Of a DNA stretch of 64,000 nt, positions 1-9,294 are shown piece by piece (the first letter of the stretch is position 1; every line of letters starts with the position of its first letter). The stretch is from NCBI GenBank assembly GCA_017534445.1, contig JAFXWC010000064.1:14769-78768 (forward strand), given 5' to 3'. The DNA is from Treponema sp. (GTDB lineage Bacteria; Spirochaetota; Spirochaetia; Treponematales; Treponemataceae). Made by a program: the position numbers and the translations under genes. The notes below the pieces were generated by a model that saw only the letters and a list, made by a program, of their open reading frames with translations, had not been told where the DNA came from and did no database searches.

Positions 1-1
1 T

Positions 2-2173
2 GAGTCTTCTGCAAGACGCAGGATTTCAAACCTTGATTCCCTTTATTCCATAACATATACGCTGAATGGCGGTAGCAATACAGGAACATTGCAGGGAAGG
101 TACACACCCTATGATGCAGACATTGCCCTTGCCACATCACCCATAATCAGCAAGACAGGCGCAACGTTTGTCGGATGGTATGAGGCAAGTAACTACAGCG
201 GGAACGTGCTTTCTACGATTGCTACGGGAACTACAGGCAATAAGCAGCTCTATGCAAAATGGGGCTACGAAATGGACGTGAATGCAAAAGTGATTTCTGC
301 AAACGGGGCAAACCTCATCGTCCAGCAAGAAGGCCCTGCCACCAGAATCTACTTTGACGAGGACCATGATGGTGTTGCGGATGCAGACGAGGTTATCCTT
401 GATGACAATGGTCAGTCAATGGACTTTACCGGATGGACCATTTACGGTGGAAGCCAGGGTGGAAACTACAGCGGCAACACAAGCGTTACTGTAAACGGAG
501 GAAACCTTAGCGCAGTTTATGGCGGAAACGGAAACGGCAATGTTTCCGGCACGCACGTAGCAATCAACGGCGGTACAATCGGCACTGTATACGGCGGAGG
601 CAGCTCTGGAGGAGTAAGCGGAAACACTGTCGTAGACGTAAACGGCGGTAATGTTGGAAAGGTTGTCGGTGGAAGCCAGGCCGGAACAACTGCAGGCAGC
701 TCCGTAATCAACATCTCCGGCGGAAGCGTGACAGAGGTTAGCGGCAACAAGGATAATGTTACAGGCAATTCTTCCGTAAACATAAGCGGAAACCCCACAA
801 TCGGAAGCCCGTCTTCAGAAAAGGGCATAGACCTTGACTCAGTTGACGGCGGATTCGTAACTGCTACCGGCAATGTTACCGGAGAAGTAACCGTTGTGAC
901 AACGGACAATGATAAGCTTGCAACAGGTACGGTAATCGTAAGGGCTAATGACAACGTAAATGTTGGTGATGACGTAACAATCATTGATACGGAAAACCAC
1001 ATACGCATTGATGATATTGGCAGGGGCGTGGACGGAAACTATTCCGTAGGAAACAGCCCGCTCCGTGGCATAACGATGAACCAGTACGGCCAGCGCAATG
1101 CCGTAAGCGGTGAATGCTACAATATTACGGAAACGTACAGCCCATACACTGTTGACTATACAGGAATGAACCTTAAGACAAGCGTCAACTACGTAGGCAA
1201 CATAGTCGTAACGCCTGAATGGAACCCAGACTATTTTGTTAGCGTAAGTGCAACGCTTTCTGGCACCCTTGCAGATGCATCAAGGGCACCTGCTTATCCT
1301 TCAAAGACAATAGGGGAAATTGTCCTTGACGCTAACGGCTCATGCTCCATCCCCGTGGGAACATACGGCTACTATTCACAGCTTGTTCTGACCTATGTCG
1401 TGCAGGCCAAGGATCCGGCACAGACCGTAACTTACACCTTCCCGGTTGAGGTTTCCCAGCTTGAAACCCTTGCCGCAACGGAAGTGCAGTCAAACGGATA
1501 TTATTCTGTCCCCAATGCGACAGAATATGACAACATGACTTCATTCAAGTTTAGCAACGGTGGCGTGGACTTCCAGGGACGCATAAGCGGTGTAAACAAC
1601 GGAAACTGGACAAATACAACGTATCATGGTATGGATTCTGCTATATGGCACTACTACCTTAAGATTGACAATGTTAATAAGGGTATGATAAACATTACTC
1701 CATCCGGTGACGGTTCTTATGCCACATACAGGGGCAACGGTATTACGCTTACCGTAAGGGCAGAGGTTCAGATGGCAGACGGTATTTCCTATACCACGCT
1801 CATCCACCAGATAGACAATCCAAACGGAAAAACTGTCTCTCTGGGTGTTTGTTCCGACACGGAAGTACTTAGGGCAGACGATGTTCCGATTGTGGAGACA
1901 GATTATGGCTACTATCTTTACGGGCCTGGTTCGGAAAGCAATGCAGTTGACATGATTCTTGTCATGTACCTAAGGAATTCAACAGGTGTAGATGACGTAA
2001 CAGGCTTGTGGTATGGAAACTACGACGATGGAACCTATATGAACCATGTATGGGATAGTGCTCCATATAAAGGAATAATAGATGACTCGACGGCGGCTTT
2101 CCACTGGGACAACATAACGGGCAGGTCCGAAACAAGGACAATCCGCATGGCTTTGAGAAAGAATCTTGAGTAA
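2..2173 (+). CDS. Large surface protein, 5'-partial; InlB B-repeat (Flg_new-like) module, Gly-rich beta-solenoid repeats, unknown C-terminal domain
   Basis: Frame is open from base 2 (ESSARRRISNLDSLYSITYTLNGG...). Contains F.GWY...LYAKW B-repeat motif and repeated V.GG...SG.T.V..NGG units. Paralogous to 2944..5841. Confidence 0.7.
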   Translation, partial: ESSARRRISNLDSLYSITYTLNGGSNTGTLQGRYTPYDADIALATSPIISKTGATFVGWYEASNYSGNVLSTIATGTTGNKQLYAKWGYEMDVNAKVISANGANLIVQQEGPATRIYFDEDHDGVADADEVILDDNGQSMDFTGWTIYGGSQGGNYSGNTSVTVNGGNLSAVYGGNGNGNVSGTHVAINGGTIGTVYGGGSSGGVSGNTVVDVNGGNVGKVVGGSQAGTTAGSSVINISGGSVTEVSGNKDNVTGNSSVNISGNPTIGSPSSEKGIDLDSVDGGFVTATGNVTGEVTVVTTDNDKLATGTVIVRANDNVNVGDDVTIIDTENHIRIDDIGRGVDGNYSVGNSPLRGITMNQYGQRNAVSGECYNITETYSPYTVDYTGMNLKTSVNYVGNIVVTPEWNPDYFVSVSATLSGTLADASRAPAYPSKTIGEIVLDANGSCSIPVGTYGYYSQLVLTYVVQAKDPAQTVTYTFPVEVSQLETLAATEVQSNGYYSVPNATEYDNMTSFKFSNGGVDFQGRISGVNNGNWTNTTYHGMDSAIWHYYLKIDNVNKGMINITPSGDGSYATYRGNGITLTVRAEVQMADGISYTTLIHQIDNPNGKTVSLGVCSDTEVLRADDVPIVETDYGYYLYGPGSESNAVDMILVMYLRNSTGVDDVTGLWYGNYDDGTYMNHVWDSAPYKGIIDDSTAAFHWDNITGRSETRTIRMALRKNLE

Positions 2174-2223
2174 TTCGTAAACCTTTGGAATGAAATAAAG
2201 CCCTGTTTGCGAACTTTTCTTAC

Positions 2224-2264
2224 AAAAAACCCGCTTGAATTTGTTCAGGCGGGTAATTTTTTTT
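2224..2264 (+). terminator. Intrinsic terminator, possibly bidirectional
   Basis: acccgcttgaa-tttg-ttcaggcgggt hairpin with an upstream A-run and a downstream T-run. Confidence 0.75.
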
Positions 2265-2411
2265 GGATTTTTTAGAGATTTTACTTGACTTTTTGGACAT
2301 TTATGCCGTAATATATAAGTAGATAGAAACGTAAACCATATTAAAAGTAGTAAGAAATTTATTGAAAAAAGTGTCGGCTTTTTTGCCCTGGGAGGGAAAG
2401 GAGGTTGGCAT

Positions 2412-2932
2412 ATGAAAAAGCTACTTTTGACTTTGGTTGAATTTTTGTCGGTTTTCACTTTTGCTCTTCTTATCGCATCTTGCGGTGGTGGAGGAGGCGG
2501 CGGTGGCAGCGATTACAGCGAGCCCGAAGCTGTCCCGGAGCTGTCCCGGAGCCAGTGCTCGAACCAGAGCCTGAGCCAGAACTCGAACCGGAACCTTTGC
2601 TCGAGCCTGAGCCAGAACCGGAGCCCGAACCCGAGGTTCAGAATGAAAATTCTGTTCTGAACATGAGGGCACCAACTTACGCAGATGCAAATCTTGGCAT
2701 TACAAACACCCCGTCTGGAGACAGATTTACCGCTGGTACTTCTGTTACCTTTACAGCTGTGTCTGGCTACGAAAGCTATGCATGGTATGTTGACGGTAAT
2801 CCTGTTGGAACAGAAGATTCAGTTACATACACAGCATCCGGCTCTGGTCCCCACCAGCTTATGCTTATCGTGAGGAACGGAAACAGTTACTATGGCTCAA
2901 CAATGGGCTTTGCCGTTACTGCGGCTAACTAA
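2412..2932 (+). pseudogene. Frameshifted lipoprotein: lipobox, poly-Gly, (EP)n linker, small PKD/Ig-like domain
   Basis: GGAGG RBS, then MKK...LIASC in one frame; EP repeats and the YAWYVDG domain in another. The junction is the 11-bp tandem duplication agctgtcccgg x2 (2528-2549). Removing one copy restores the frame. Confidence 0.75.
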
Positions 2933-2943
2933 GGAGGTGCGTT

Positions 2944-5841
2944 ATGAAAACAATCAAGACAAATCTTTTGAATAACATTTTTAAGGCTGTCCTTTTCTTG
3001 TTCTGTGCTTCTTTGCTTGCATGTTCAGGACTGAATGGTGTTTCTGATTCTGGAGATGAAAGTTACACATCTTCTTCCGGTGTTTCTTCTGGTGTATCTT
3101 CATCCAGCGGAATGGCGTATATTTCTTCTGTCTCTTTTGGCAATGGTGAGCGCACGATTCTTCCGGGCAGCAGCTTTGACCTTAAGGGTGAAGGAATCTA
3201 CAAATTTGTTCTTAAAAGAAGGGCAGAAGGTGGGGAGGAAGAATCTTTCACTCCTTGGACTCCTTCAACAGATGAAGACGGATATTTTGTCTCTGCATAC
3301 GACAACATGGACAATGCCTTGCGTGATGGAAGTGTATCGCTTGGTCCTGGCGCATATATTTTTACCATCCAGGTATATGTCCTTCCGGAAGGTGTTTCCT
3401 ATACGGATGAAAATGCAGACTCACAGGCATTCCCTGTTCTTGAAAAGACGACGGAAGAACCTGTAACACTTGTAAGCGGTAACAACAGAATTAGATTTGG
3501 CGTATTGAATGAGGCTTCTGGAAACGGAAAGCTGTCATTAAGGCTTAGATTCCCTGATGAAGGTGTAACTAATGTAAAGGTACGCATGGATCCTCAGGGT
3601 GACAACAACACATATTCTGTTGCAGAAAAGTCTCTTACAATTGCCGAAGCAGTTGGTGGTTACAGAAGTGTTTTGTTCAGCGATGAGCAGCCCAGGAACG
3701 GTTGGTATATTGTAAAGTTTACATTTACGATAAACAACGGTGCAGGGGAAACTACACAGGTTTACAATGAGTTTGTGCAGATTGCAACAGGCAGAAAGAC
3801 CGAAGCAGAACGTACAATAGACAGCTTGAATGCACTTTTCCCGATTACATACAACTATAAGGGTGGTAGACCTGTAAGCAACGACATACCAGGGTCATAT
3901 TCTCCGTATCAGGGCTCAATTCCAATGCCGGAACTTCAGCCAAGAAACGGAGCAACATTTGACGGTTGGTACTCAGACTCTCAGTACAGAAACAGGGTTT
4001 CAGAACTTGCTTCTGGTTCAACAGGCGCAAAGACTTTCTATGCAAAATGGAAGTATAACGTAGAGGGTGGAGTTCTTTATGCTGGCGGTGCAAAGGTAAT
4101 TGTACAGGAAGAGAATGATACTGTTACTCGTGCATACTTTGACAGTGTGAACGATGACAATGTTGTTCTTGCCGCAGACGGAGGTCCTATTAACATTCTT
4201 GGCTATAAAATTTATGGCTCTAAAAAGGATGGCACGTATCCAGATGGTACTACGGATGACATAACGGTTAATAGCGGCCGTGTTAGCAACATCTATGCAA
4301 GTGGTGATGACAGAGGCCACGTTACTGTTAATGGAGGAACTGTTGCATACATAGAATATAGCGGAAACGGCGGAAGTGTTAATATCAACGGAGGAACAAT
4401 TGTCGGAGACATAGTAGACTCAAGCAGTAATAAATATGCAATTTATACTAAGTCTACTAACAGCAGCTTGAATTTAACAGGTGGAACAATTACCGGAATA
4501 ATAGACGGTGATGTTGACGGCAGTGCTCTCATAAGGGTTAGCGGAGACCCTGTTATTGGAAACGGAAAAACTACCGGTATAGACCTTACAGTTGCAAGGA
4601 ACTCAAAACTTCTTGCAGGAAACTTGAACGATGCGGGAGATGAATCCATTACCCTTCTTGCCCCGAGCGCAGAGGATGGAACCATACTCGCAACTTTCGA
4701 CGGAACTGCTTATACAAAGTTCTTTGTAATAATTAACTCTGGCCGTAAGCGTATCGCTAAAGTTGATGGAAAGAACATTAAGGTTGAAGGAGGTCTTTCT
4801 TTGCCTTCACTGTTCACGGCAGACGAATTCGAAGAAAATACATTCTACGTATCTGGTCAGAATGTAACAAAAGACGGAACAATATTCTCTGTCTTTGCCG
4901 AAGGAGGATGCTTTACCCTTACCCATACAGATCTTGCAGAAGGTGTCAACTTTGACATGGGTATTCCTGTGGATACAAATGGTAAGGAAAAGACGTTTGT
5001 GTACGGAAGAGATGCCAATACAATGGAATCCTACCGTTACATACAGTTTACATCCAAGAATGGAATGATTTCATCTACGGATGCAAACAACTTCCTTACT
5101 AGCATTAAGTTCCACAAGATAAACAACAAGCCGATAAAGATTCGTATTAATCTTGAGACGGTTCCGTTTACAGGAACTTATAAAAATGCCTCGGGAAGCT
5201 CAGTCGCTTATGAATTGAATAAGGACGTGTTCTATCTTGACGGTAGCTTCTATCTGGCTGTTCTTCAGCATAAGAAATGGAGCGAGTCCTACAATCTTGC
5301 GAAAAAGCACAAATTCAATGGACTTGACGGTTATCTTATGACAATTACATCAGAGGCTGAAAATAAGTTCATCTATGACCAGTTGTTTAAGAACAAGGGC
5401 ATAGATGCGAATTATGCTTCTGCATGGCTTGGCGCAAGCCGCAGCATAAACCAGAGTGGAACCTATGATTCTGCTACATGGTCAATTAGTCCAGACTATT
5501 TGAATGATTACTGGAACTGGGTATGTGGCCCAGAGGCTGGTAAGATGTTCTATACAAAAGCGACGGCAGCTGATGGTGGTGTTGCGGCAGACAAAGAAGG
5601 CGGAGGAAAGTGGTACGTGTCTTGGAGCAGCGGTGAGCCTAACAGCAGCGGTACCGAATTCTGCGCCCAGTACTGTGGAACCTACATCTGGAACGACTTG
5701 AATAATGTTGGAAATGCTAGCGAAAGTAGCCAGTATTATGTTAAGTACTACGTTGTAGAGTTTACTCCGTATGAAACAACAACAGGTGTAAGCCAGGTAG
5801 CAACTAAACCTCGTTTGCACGCAGAGCAGATCTACGAATAA
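2944..5841 (+). CDS. Surface lipoprotein with B-repeat, beta-solenoid region and C-terminal C-type lectin domain
   Basis: taaggagg RBS; lipobox LLAC; Ser-rich linker; FDGWY...FYAKW; CTLD motifs GYLMTITSEAEN, AWLG, WSSGEPN, WNDL. Confidence 0.75.
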   Translation: MKTIKTNLLNNIFKAVLFLFCASLLACSGLNGVSDSGDESYTSSSGVSSGVSSSSGMAYISSVSFGNGERTILPGSSFDLKGEGIYKFVLKRRAEGGEEESFTPWTPSTDEDGYFVSAYDNMDNALRDGSVSLGPGAYIFTIQVYVLPEGVSYTDENADSQAFPVLEKTTEEPVTLVSGNNRIRFGVLNEASGNGKLSLRLRFPDEGVTNVKVRMDPQGDNNTYSVAEKSLTIAEAVGGYRSVLFSDEQPRNGWYIVKFTFTINNGAGETTQVYNEFVQIATGRKTEAERTIDSLNALFPITYNYKGGRPVSNDIPGSYSPYQGSIPMPELQPRNGATFDGWYSDSQYRNRVSELASGSTGAKTFYAKWKYNVEGGVLYAGGAKVIVQEENDTVTRAYFDSVNDDNVVLAADGGPINILGYKIYGSKKDGTYPDGTTDDITVNSGRVSNIYASGDDRGHVTVNGGTVAYIEYSGNGGSVNINGGTIVGDIVDSSSNKYAIYTKSTNSSLNLTGGTITGIIDGDVDGSALIRVSGDPVIGNGKTTGIDLTVARNSKLLAGNLNDAGDESITLLAPSAEDGTILATFDGTAYTKFFVIINSGRKRIAKVDGKNIKVEGGLSLPSLFTADEFEENTFYVSGQNVTKDGTIFSVFAEGGCFTLTHTDLAEGVNFDMGIPVDTNGKEKTFVYGRDANTMESYRYIQFTSKNGMISSTDANNFLTSIKFHKINNKPIKIRINLETVPFTGTYKNASGSSVAYELNKDVFYLDGSFYLAVLQHKKWSESYNLAKKHKFNGLDGYLMTITSEAENKFIYDQLFKNKGIDANYASAWLGASRSINQSGTYDSATWSISPDYLNDYWNWVCGPEAGKMFYTKATAADGGVAADKEGGGKWYVSWSSGEPNSSGTEFCAQYCGTYIWNDLNNVGNASESSQYYVKYYVVEFTPYETTTGVSQVATKPRLHAEQIYE

Positions 5842-5900
5842 TGGTTTTAATGCCATCCTTAGAATCTTCCCAACCAAGATTCTAAGAATAGCGTGAAGAT

Positions 5901-5945
5901 AAAACCGGCAGTTTGGGTTTGTAGCTTCCCAGCTGCCGTTTTTTT
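5901..5945 (+). terminator. Intrinsic terminator
   Basis: cggcag...ctgccg stem followed by a T-run. A second hairpin (ttagaatctt/aagattctaa) lies just upstream. Confidence 0.6.
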
Positions 5946-6029
5946 ATGTCCTTTTCCTTCAATGGTGAATATTAGTTGAAAATTTATAAATTGTGGTCTA
6001 TAATTTAGAAAAAGGCTGGAATTGTGTAA

Positions 6030-6881
6030 ATGGCAAAAAAAGAAGAAGAAAAAGAAGAGAGCAAGACAGGTTCTTTTATTGCGCTTGTTATTTGGCTTAT
6101 TGCGGCAATAGCACTGTTTGCGCTTTTTGTTATAAATCAGAAAAAAATTGTCTCTAATCTTAAGTCCACGGGATTTTTTGGAAGGCTTTTTGGAAAGACA
6201 CCTGCTTTTGTGGAAAATGCGGAAGTGTCAGTTCAGGATCAGGCCGGTAAGAATGATGTTGACCCGGGTGTTGGCGTGGACATAGATTTGTCTAGCGGAC
6301 AGGGAAAGGGTGATTATTCTTATGAAAGCGGTATTCTTGCTGAAAACCAGGCCGCAAAGGATGCTCAAAATAATTTGTTGGAGCCAGCTACATTAAATTC
6401 AAATAAGGAAAACACAGGCACTAACGGTGAGCAAAAACCGCAGACCAATGAAGTGCCCCGCATGATAGACTTAAAGCTTTTCTTTATGGTAATCAACAGC
6501 GACGGTTCTGTTTCCCGCAGGGAAGTTACCCGCTCCATGAAAAAGACAGGTGGTCCTCTTGTGGATGCCATTAATGCTCTTATTCAAGGTCCTTCAGAAG
6601 AAGAAGAGGGCAAGGGCTGTGCAACGCTTGTTTCTACAGGCACAAGGCTTTTGGGCGCCTCTGTAAAAAATGGAATTGCAACCCTTAACTTTAGCGGCGA
6701 ATTTGAATTCAATCAGTGGGGAATTGAAGGCCTGCGCGGTCAGCTCCAGCAGATTGTCTATACAGCCACGGCCTTCCCAACGGTAGAAAGCGTTCAGTTC
6801 CTTGTGGACGGTGTGCAGAAAGACTACCTAGGCAGCGAAGGCGTCTGGATAGGCACCCCACTGAACCGCAACAGTTTCTAG
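6030..6881 (+). CDS. GerMN-domain membrane-anchored protein
   Basis: N-terminal TM helix; C-terminal A..ALI.GP...G....LNFS.EF...QIVYTAT.F..VESVQFLVDG GerMN pattern. Confidence 0.8.
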   Translation: MAKKEEEKEESKTGSFIALVIWLIAAIALFALFVINQKKIVSNLKSTGFFGRLFGKTPAFVENAEVSVQDQAGKNDVDPGVGVDIDLSSGQGKGDYSYESGILAENQAAKDAQNNLLEPATLNSNKENTGTNGEQKPQTNEVPRMIDLKLFFMVINSDGSVSRREVTRSMKKTGGPLVDAINALIQGPSEEEEGKGCATLVSTGTRLLGASVKNGIATLNFSGEFEFNQWGIEGLRGQLQQIVYTATAFPTVESVQFLVDGVQKDYLGSEGVWIGTPLNRNSF

Positions 6882-6894
6882 ATTCCATTAGATG

Positions 6895-6965
6895 TTGAAT
6901 TTTTTGAGAGTTCGTAGTATTCTTACACTACATATTATGCATAAATTATTATTTTGTAGTGTAAG
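6895..6965 (+). promoter_or_regulatory. sigma70-type promoter with overlapping/downstream inverted-repeat operator
   Basis: TTGAAT-N17-TATTCT (6895-6923); perfect 11-bp inverted repeat cttacactaca-N22-tgtagtgtaag (6922-6965). Confidence 0.55.
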
Positions 6966-6973
6966 GGTGCAAT

Positions 6974-7285
6974 ATGAAATCGGAAGTTATAAAATCGGTT
7001 TTCATTGATGAATTTGAACGTAACAAAAGACTCGTTGCCCGATATACGGAAGAACTGAATTCTTTGCCTAAGGGTGCTCTTTTTCTGCGGAGTATTGGAA
7101 ATCAGCGTTATTATTATCTTAATTTTCGCGAAGGAAAAAAGGTTGTCTCAAAGTTTTTAGGAAAAGAAGATTCTGTTGATGTTGAAAAATTGAAGGAACA
7201 ACTTGAACAACGAAAGAAGCTGAAAGACTTGCTAAAGAAAATAAAATTCGAGCAAAAAGAACTTGAAAAGGAATTAAAGAAATGA
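6974..7285 (+). CDS. Small basic coiled-coil protein, putative antitoxin/DNA-binding partner
   Basis: LPKG.L....IGNQRYYYL..REGKKV.SK.LG motif; ATGA overlap with the next gene. Confidence 0.55.
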   Translation: MKSEVIKSVFIDEFERNKRLVARYTEELNSLPKGALFLRSIGNQRYYYLNFREGKKVVSKFLGKEDSVDVEKLKEQLEQRKKLKDLLKKIKFEQKELEKELKK

Positions 7286-7962
7286 CGGAGGCTCAAGAAG
7301 AAGTATTTTGGACTACAATAAAAGCTTTTAATGAACTCGGAATACTTTCAAATATTATGATAATTGGGAGCTGGGCTGAGTATCTTTATACGGATTTGTT
7401 TAAAACAGATTTCTATCCAAATCTTCGTACTCGTGATGTTGATTTCTTTTATAGAAATATAAATGTCCCAAAAGAGAAAGTTCCACTTGTTAAAAAACTC
7501 AAAGAGCTGGGGTATGCTTATGATGAAGTTGACGGAATATCTAGGTTTTATAAAGAGGATTTGCTTGAGCTTGAATTTTTGACTCAAACTTTAGGCGCTG
7601 GAACAGAAGGGAAAATAACGATAGAACCTTTAGGGATTAAGTCAGAATGTCTTCGAGTAATAAACATTCTTTCAGATTTTGCCTGTACTGTTAATAAAGA
7701 GTTTGAAGACGGAACTTTATGTACGATAACAATTCCTGAACCTGCGGTATATGTGATTCAGAAAATAATTACAAATCCAATAAGACAGCCACAAGAAAAA
7801 AAGCTAAAGGATATATCTGCCGTTGAGGAACTTTTGTACCATATAAAAAAAGACATGTATCATTCTGAAAAGCTAAAAGAAGTATATGTCCGGCTTTCTA
7901 AGAAACAGCTAAAAACGGTAGAATCTGTATGTATGCAATATGGTATAAAACTATTTGATTAA
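7282..7962 (+). CDS. Nucleotidyltransferase-fold protein (GSU2403-like / AbiEii-related)
   Basis: IIGSWA...RTRDVDF, IPEP..Y...K and KKLKD Pol-beta-superfamily motifs. Confidence 0.7.
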   Translation: MTEAQEEVFWTTIKAFNELGILSNIMIIGSWAEYLYTDLFKTDFYPNLRTRDVDFFYRNINVPKEKVPLVKKLKELGYAYDEVDGISRFYKEDLLELEFLTQTLGAGTEGKITIEPLGIKSECLRVINILSDFACTVNKEFEDGTLCTITIPEPAVYVIQKIITNPIRQPQEKKLKDISAVEELLYHIKKDMYHSEKLKEVYVRLSKKQLKTVESVCMQYGIKLFD

Positions 7963-7979
7963 AAGCTTTTTAAATTAGG

Positions 7980-8024
7980 GGGCTTTACAAAGATACTTTT
8001 TGAGTACTAAGTAAAGCCCTTTTT
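7980..8024. terminator. Hairpin between convergent genes
   Basis: gggctttac...gtaaagccc followed by ttttt. Confidence 0.55.
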
Positions 8025-8032
8025 ATAGAGTT

Positions 8033-9085
8033 TTAGCGTGCCGCCTTTACGATTGTGTCAAAATATGCTTTGTTCTTTTGGTAGATGCTGTCGTAGACCG
8101 AAAGGGTTAGGCAGGCATAAGAGCCGTCTTTGCGGCATTTTAGCACTTTGAAGGTTCTTGTAACGGATGCTTCTGCCGGGCGGTAGTAGACAGACTCTAT
8201 GCTTGTGGTGCTTCCGCTTGTTGTTACGTTCTGAAAGGGCCACAAAGAAAAGGTGCAGTCTGAACCCTGGCAAGATTTTCTGATTATGAATTCCCTGTAT
8301 GCGTCTGCGTCTATGCCTGCTGCCGGAATTGATGCGATTGTTAGCACGGCGCTGTCTCCCAAGAGCCACATGTTGTCCATTGCCTTTTGCCAGGATGAAT
8401 CTACGGTAACGCTCATGTCGTCGCAGGATGCCTTTTGCGGTTTTGCCTTTGTGTCTTTTGCAAAGGTGCGGGCCTTGTCTTTGGGCAGTCCTTCTGTTCC
8501 CTTAAAGGATGTAAAGCTTGTGTCCGTGGAGTTGTAGAGCTGGCCGGTTGTTAGCAAAGAAAATATTTCCCTGCCGTCTTTTGCCTTTATTGATTCTATG
8601 CTAAAAATTGGGATGCGCTTGTTGTAAACGATGGAAACTTCTCCGCCAAACTGGGCAAAATCAGAGGAAAGGGTTACCCTTGTGTTCTTGCCAAATTCAA
8701 CGTTCTGCCTGCGGGCGGTAAATTCATAAAAAAGGTCGTGCAGGTAGTTTATGATGTCTGAATCGTTTGCCCCAGCACCGCGGATGTTTTCTCCTGTAAG
8801 CAAGAGCTTGTCTTTGGTTGGGTCTACGGAAAAATAGATTGTGATGTCTTTTTCTACAAGGGAATCTTTTGGGCTTGCGGGAGAGTAGTAGCGGAAGGCA
8901 TAAGTTGAATCATTGTAATAAATTATGCCAATGTAGGATGTTCTGTTAAAGCTAGAATCCTTGTAGAATGCGTATTCTCCCGATGTGTCTGCAATCTGCT
9001 GGGTTACGCCCGGTACTGCAAATGAGTAAGCTGCGCAAATCAATGCCAGTGAAAGGAAGGGTAAAAGCTTTTTTAAAAGATTCAT
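8033..9085 (-). CDS. Secreted hypothetical protein
   Basis: 350-aa ORF with a Sec signal peptide (AYSFA) and a GGAG RBS; no recognised domain. Confidence 0.65.
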   Translation of the reverse strand: MNLLKKLLPFLSLALICAAYSFAVPGVTQQIADTSGEYAFYKDSSFNRTSYIGIIYYNDSTYAFRYYSPASPKDSLVEKDITIYFSVDPTKDKLLLTGENIRGAGANDSDIINYLHDLFYEFTARRQNVEFGKNTRVTLSSDFAQFGGEVSIVYNKRIPIFSIESIKAKDGREIFSLLTTGQLYNSTDTSFTSFKGTEGLPKDKARTFAKDTKAKPQKASCDDMSVTVDSSWQKAMDNMWLLGDSAVLTIASIPAAGIDADAYREFIIRKSCQGSDCTFSLWPFQNVTTSGSTTSIESVYYRPAEASVTRTFKVLKCRKDGSYACLTLSVYDSIYQKNKAYFDTIVKAAR

Positions 9086-9112
9086 GGGTACTCCTATTTT
9101 AGCATAGGTATG

Positions 9113-9197
9113 CTAGCCCCGATTGGAAGGGCGGGCGTAAGCCCGTTGCCGCCAGGCAATGGAGGGGGATGGGGCCCCCGGAACCCTGGAAAGCGGG
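9113..9197 (+). repeat. Structured intergenic repeat family 1 (Flavo-1-like core), copy A
   Basis: CTAGCCCCG-ATTGG-AAGGG...[hairpins]...CGGAA-CCCT-GGAAAG-CGGG. Confidence 0.8.
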
Positions 9198-9294
9198 TAC
9201 TACGATTCCTATTCTGTTCTTAAAAAGAACGCTCCCTTTTACCAAGGAAGCGCTCCAAAAAATCAAACAACAGAAAATGCTTAAGGTAACAATT

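Noticed and set aside
5200-5841. Diversity-generating retroelement target (C-type lectin)
   Set aside because: No reverse transcriptase or template repeat in the window, and the domain is of the classical EPN/WND type.
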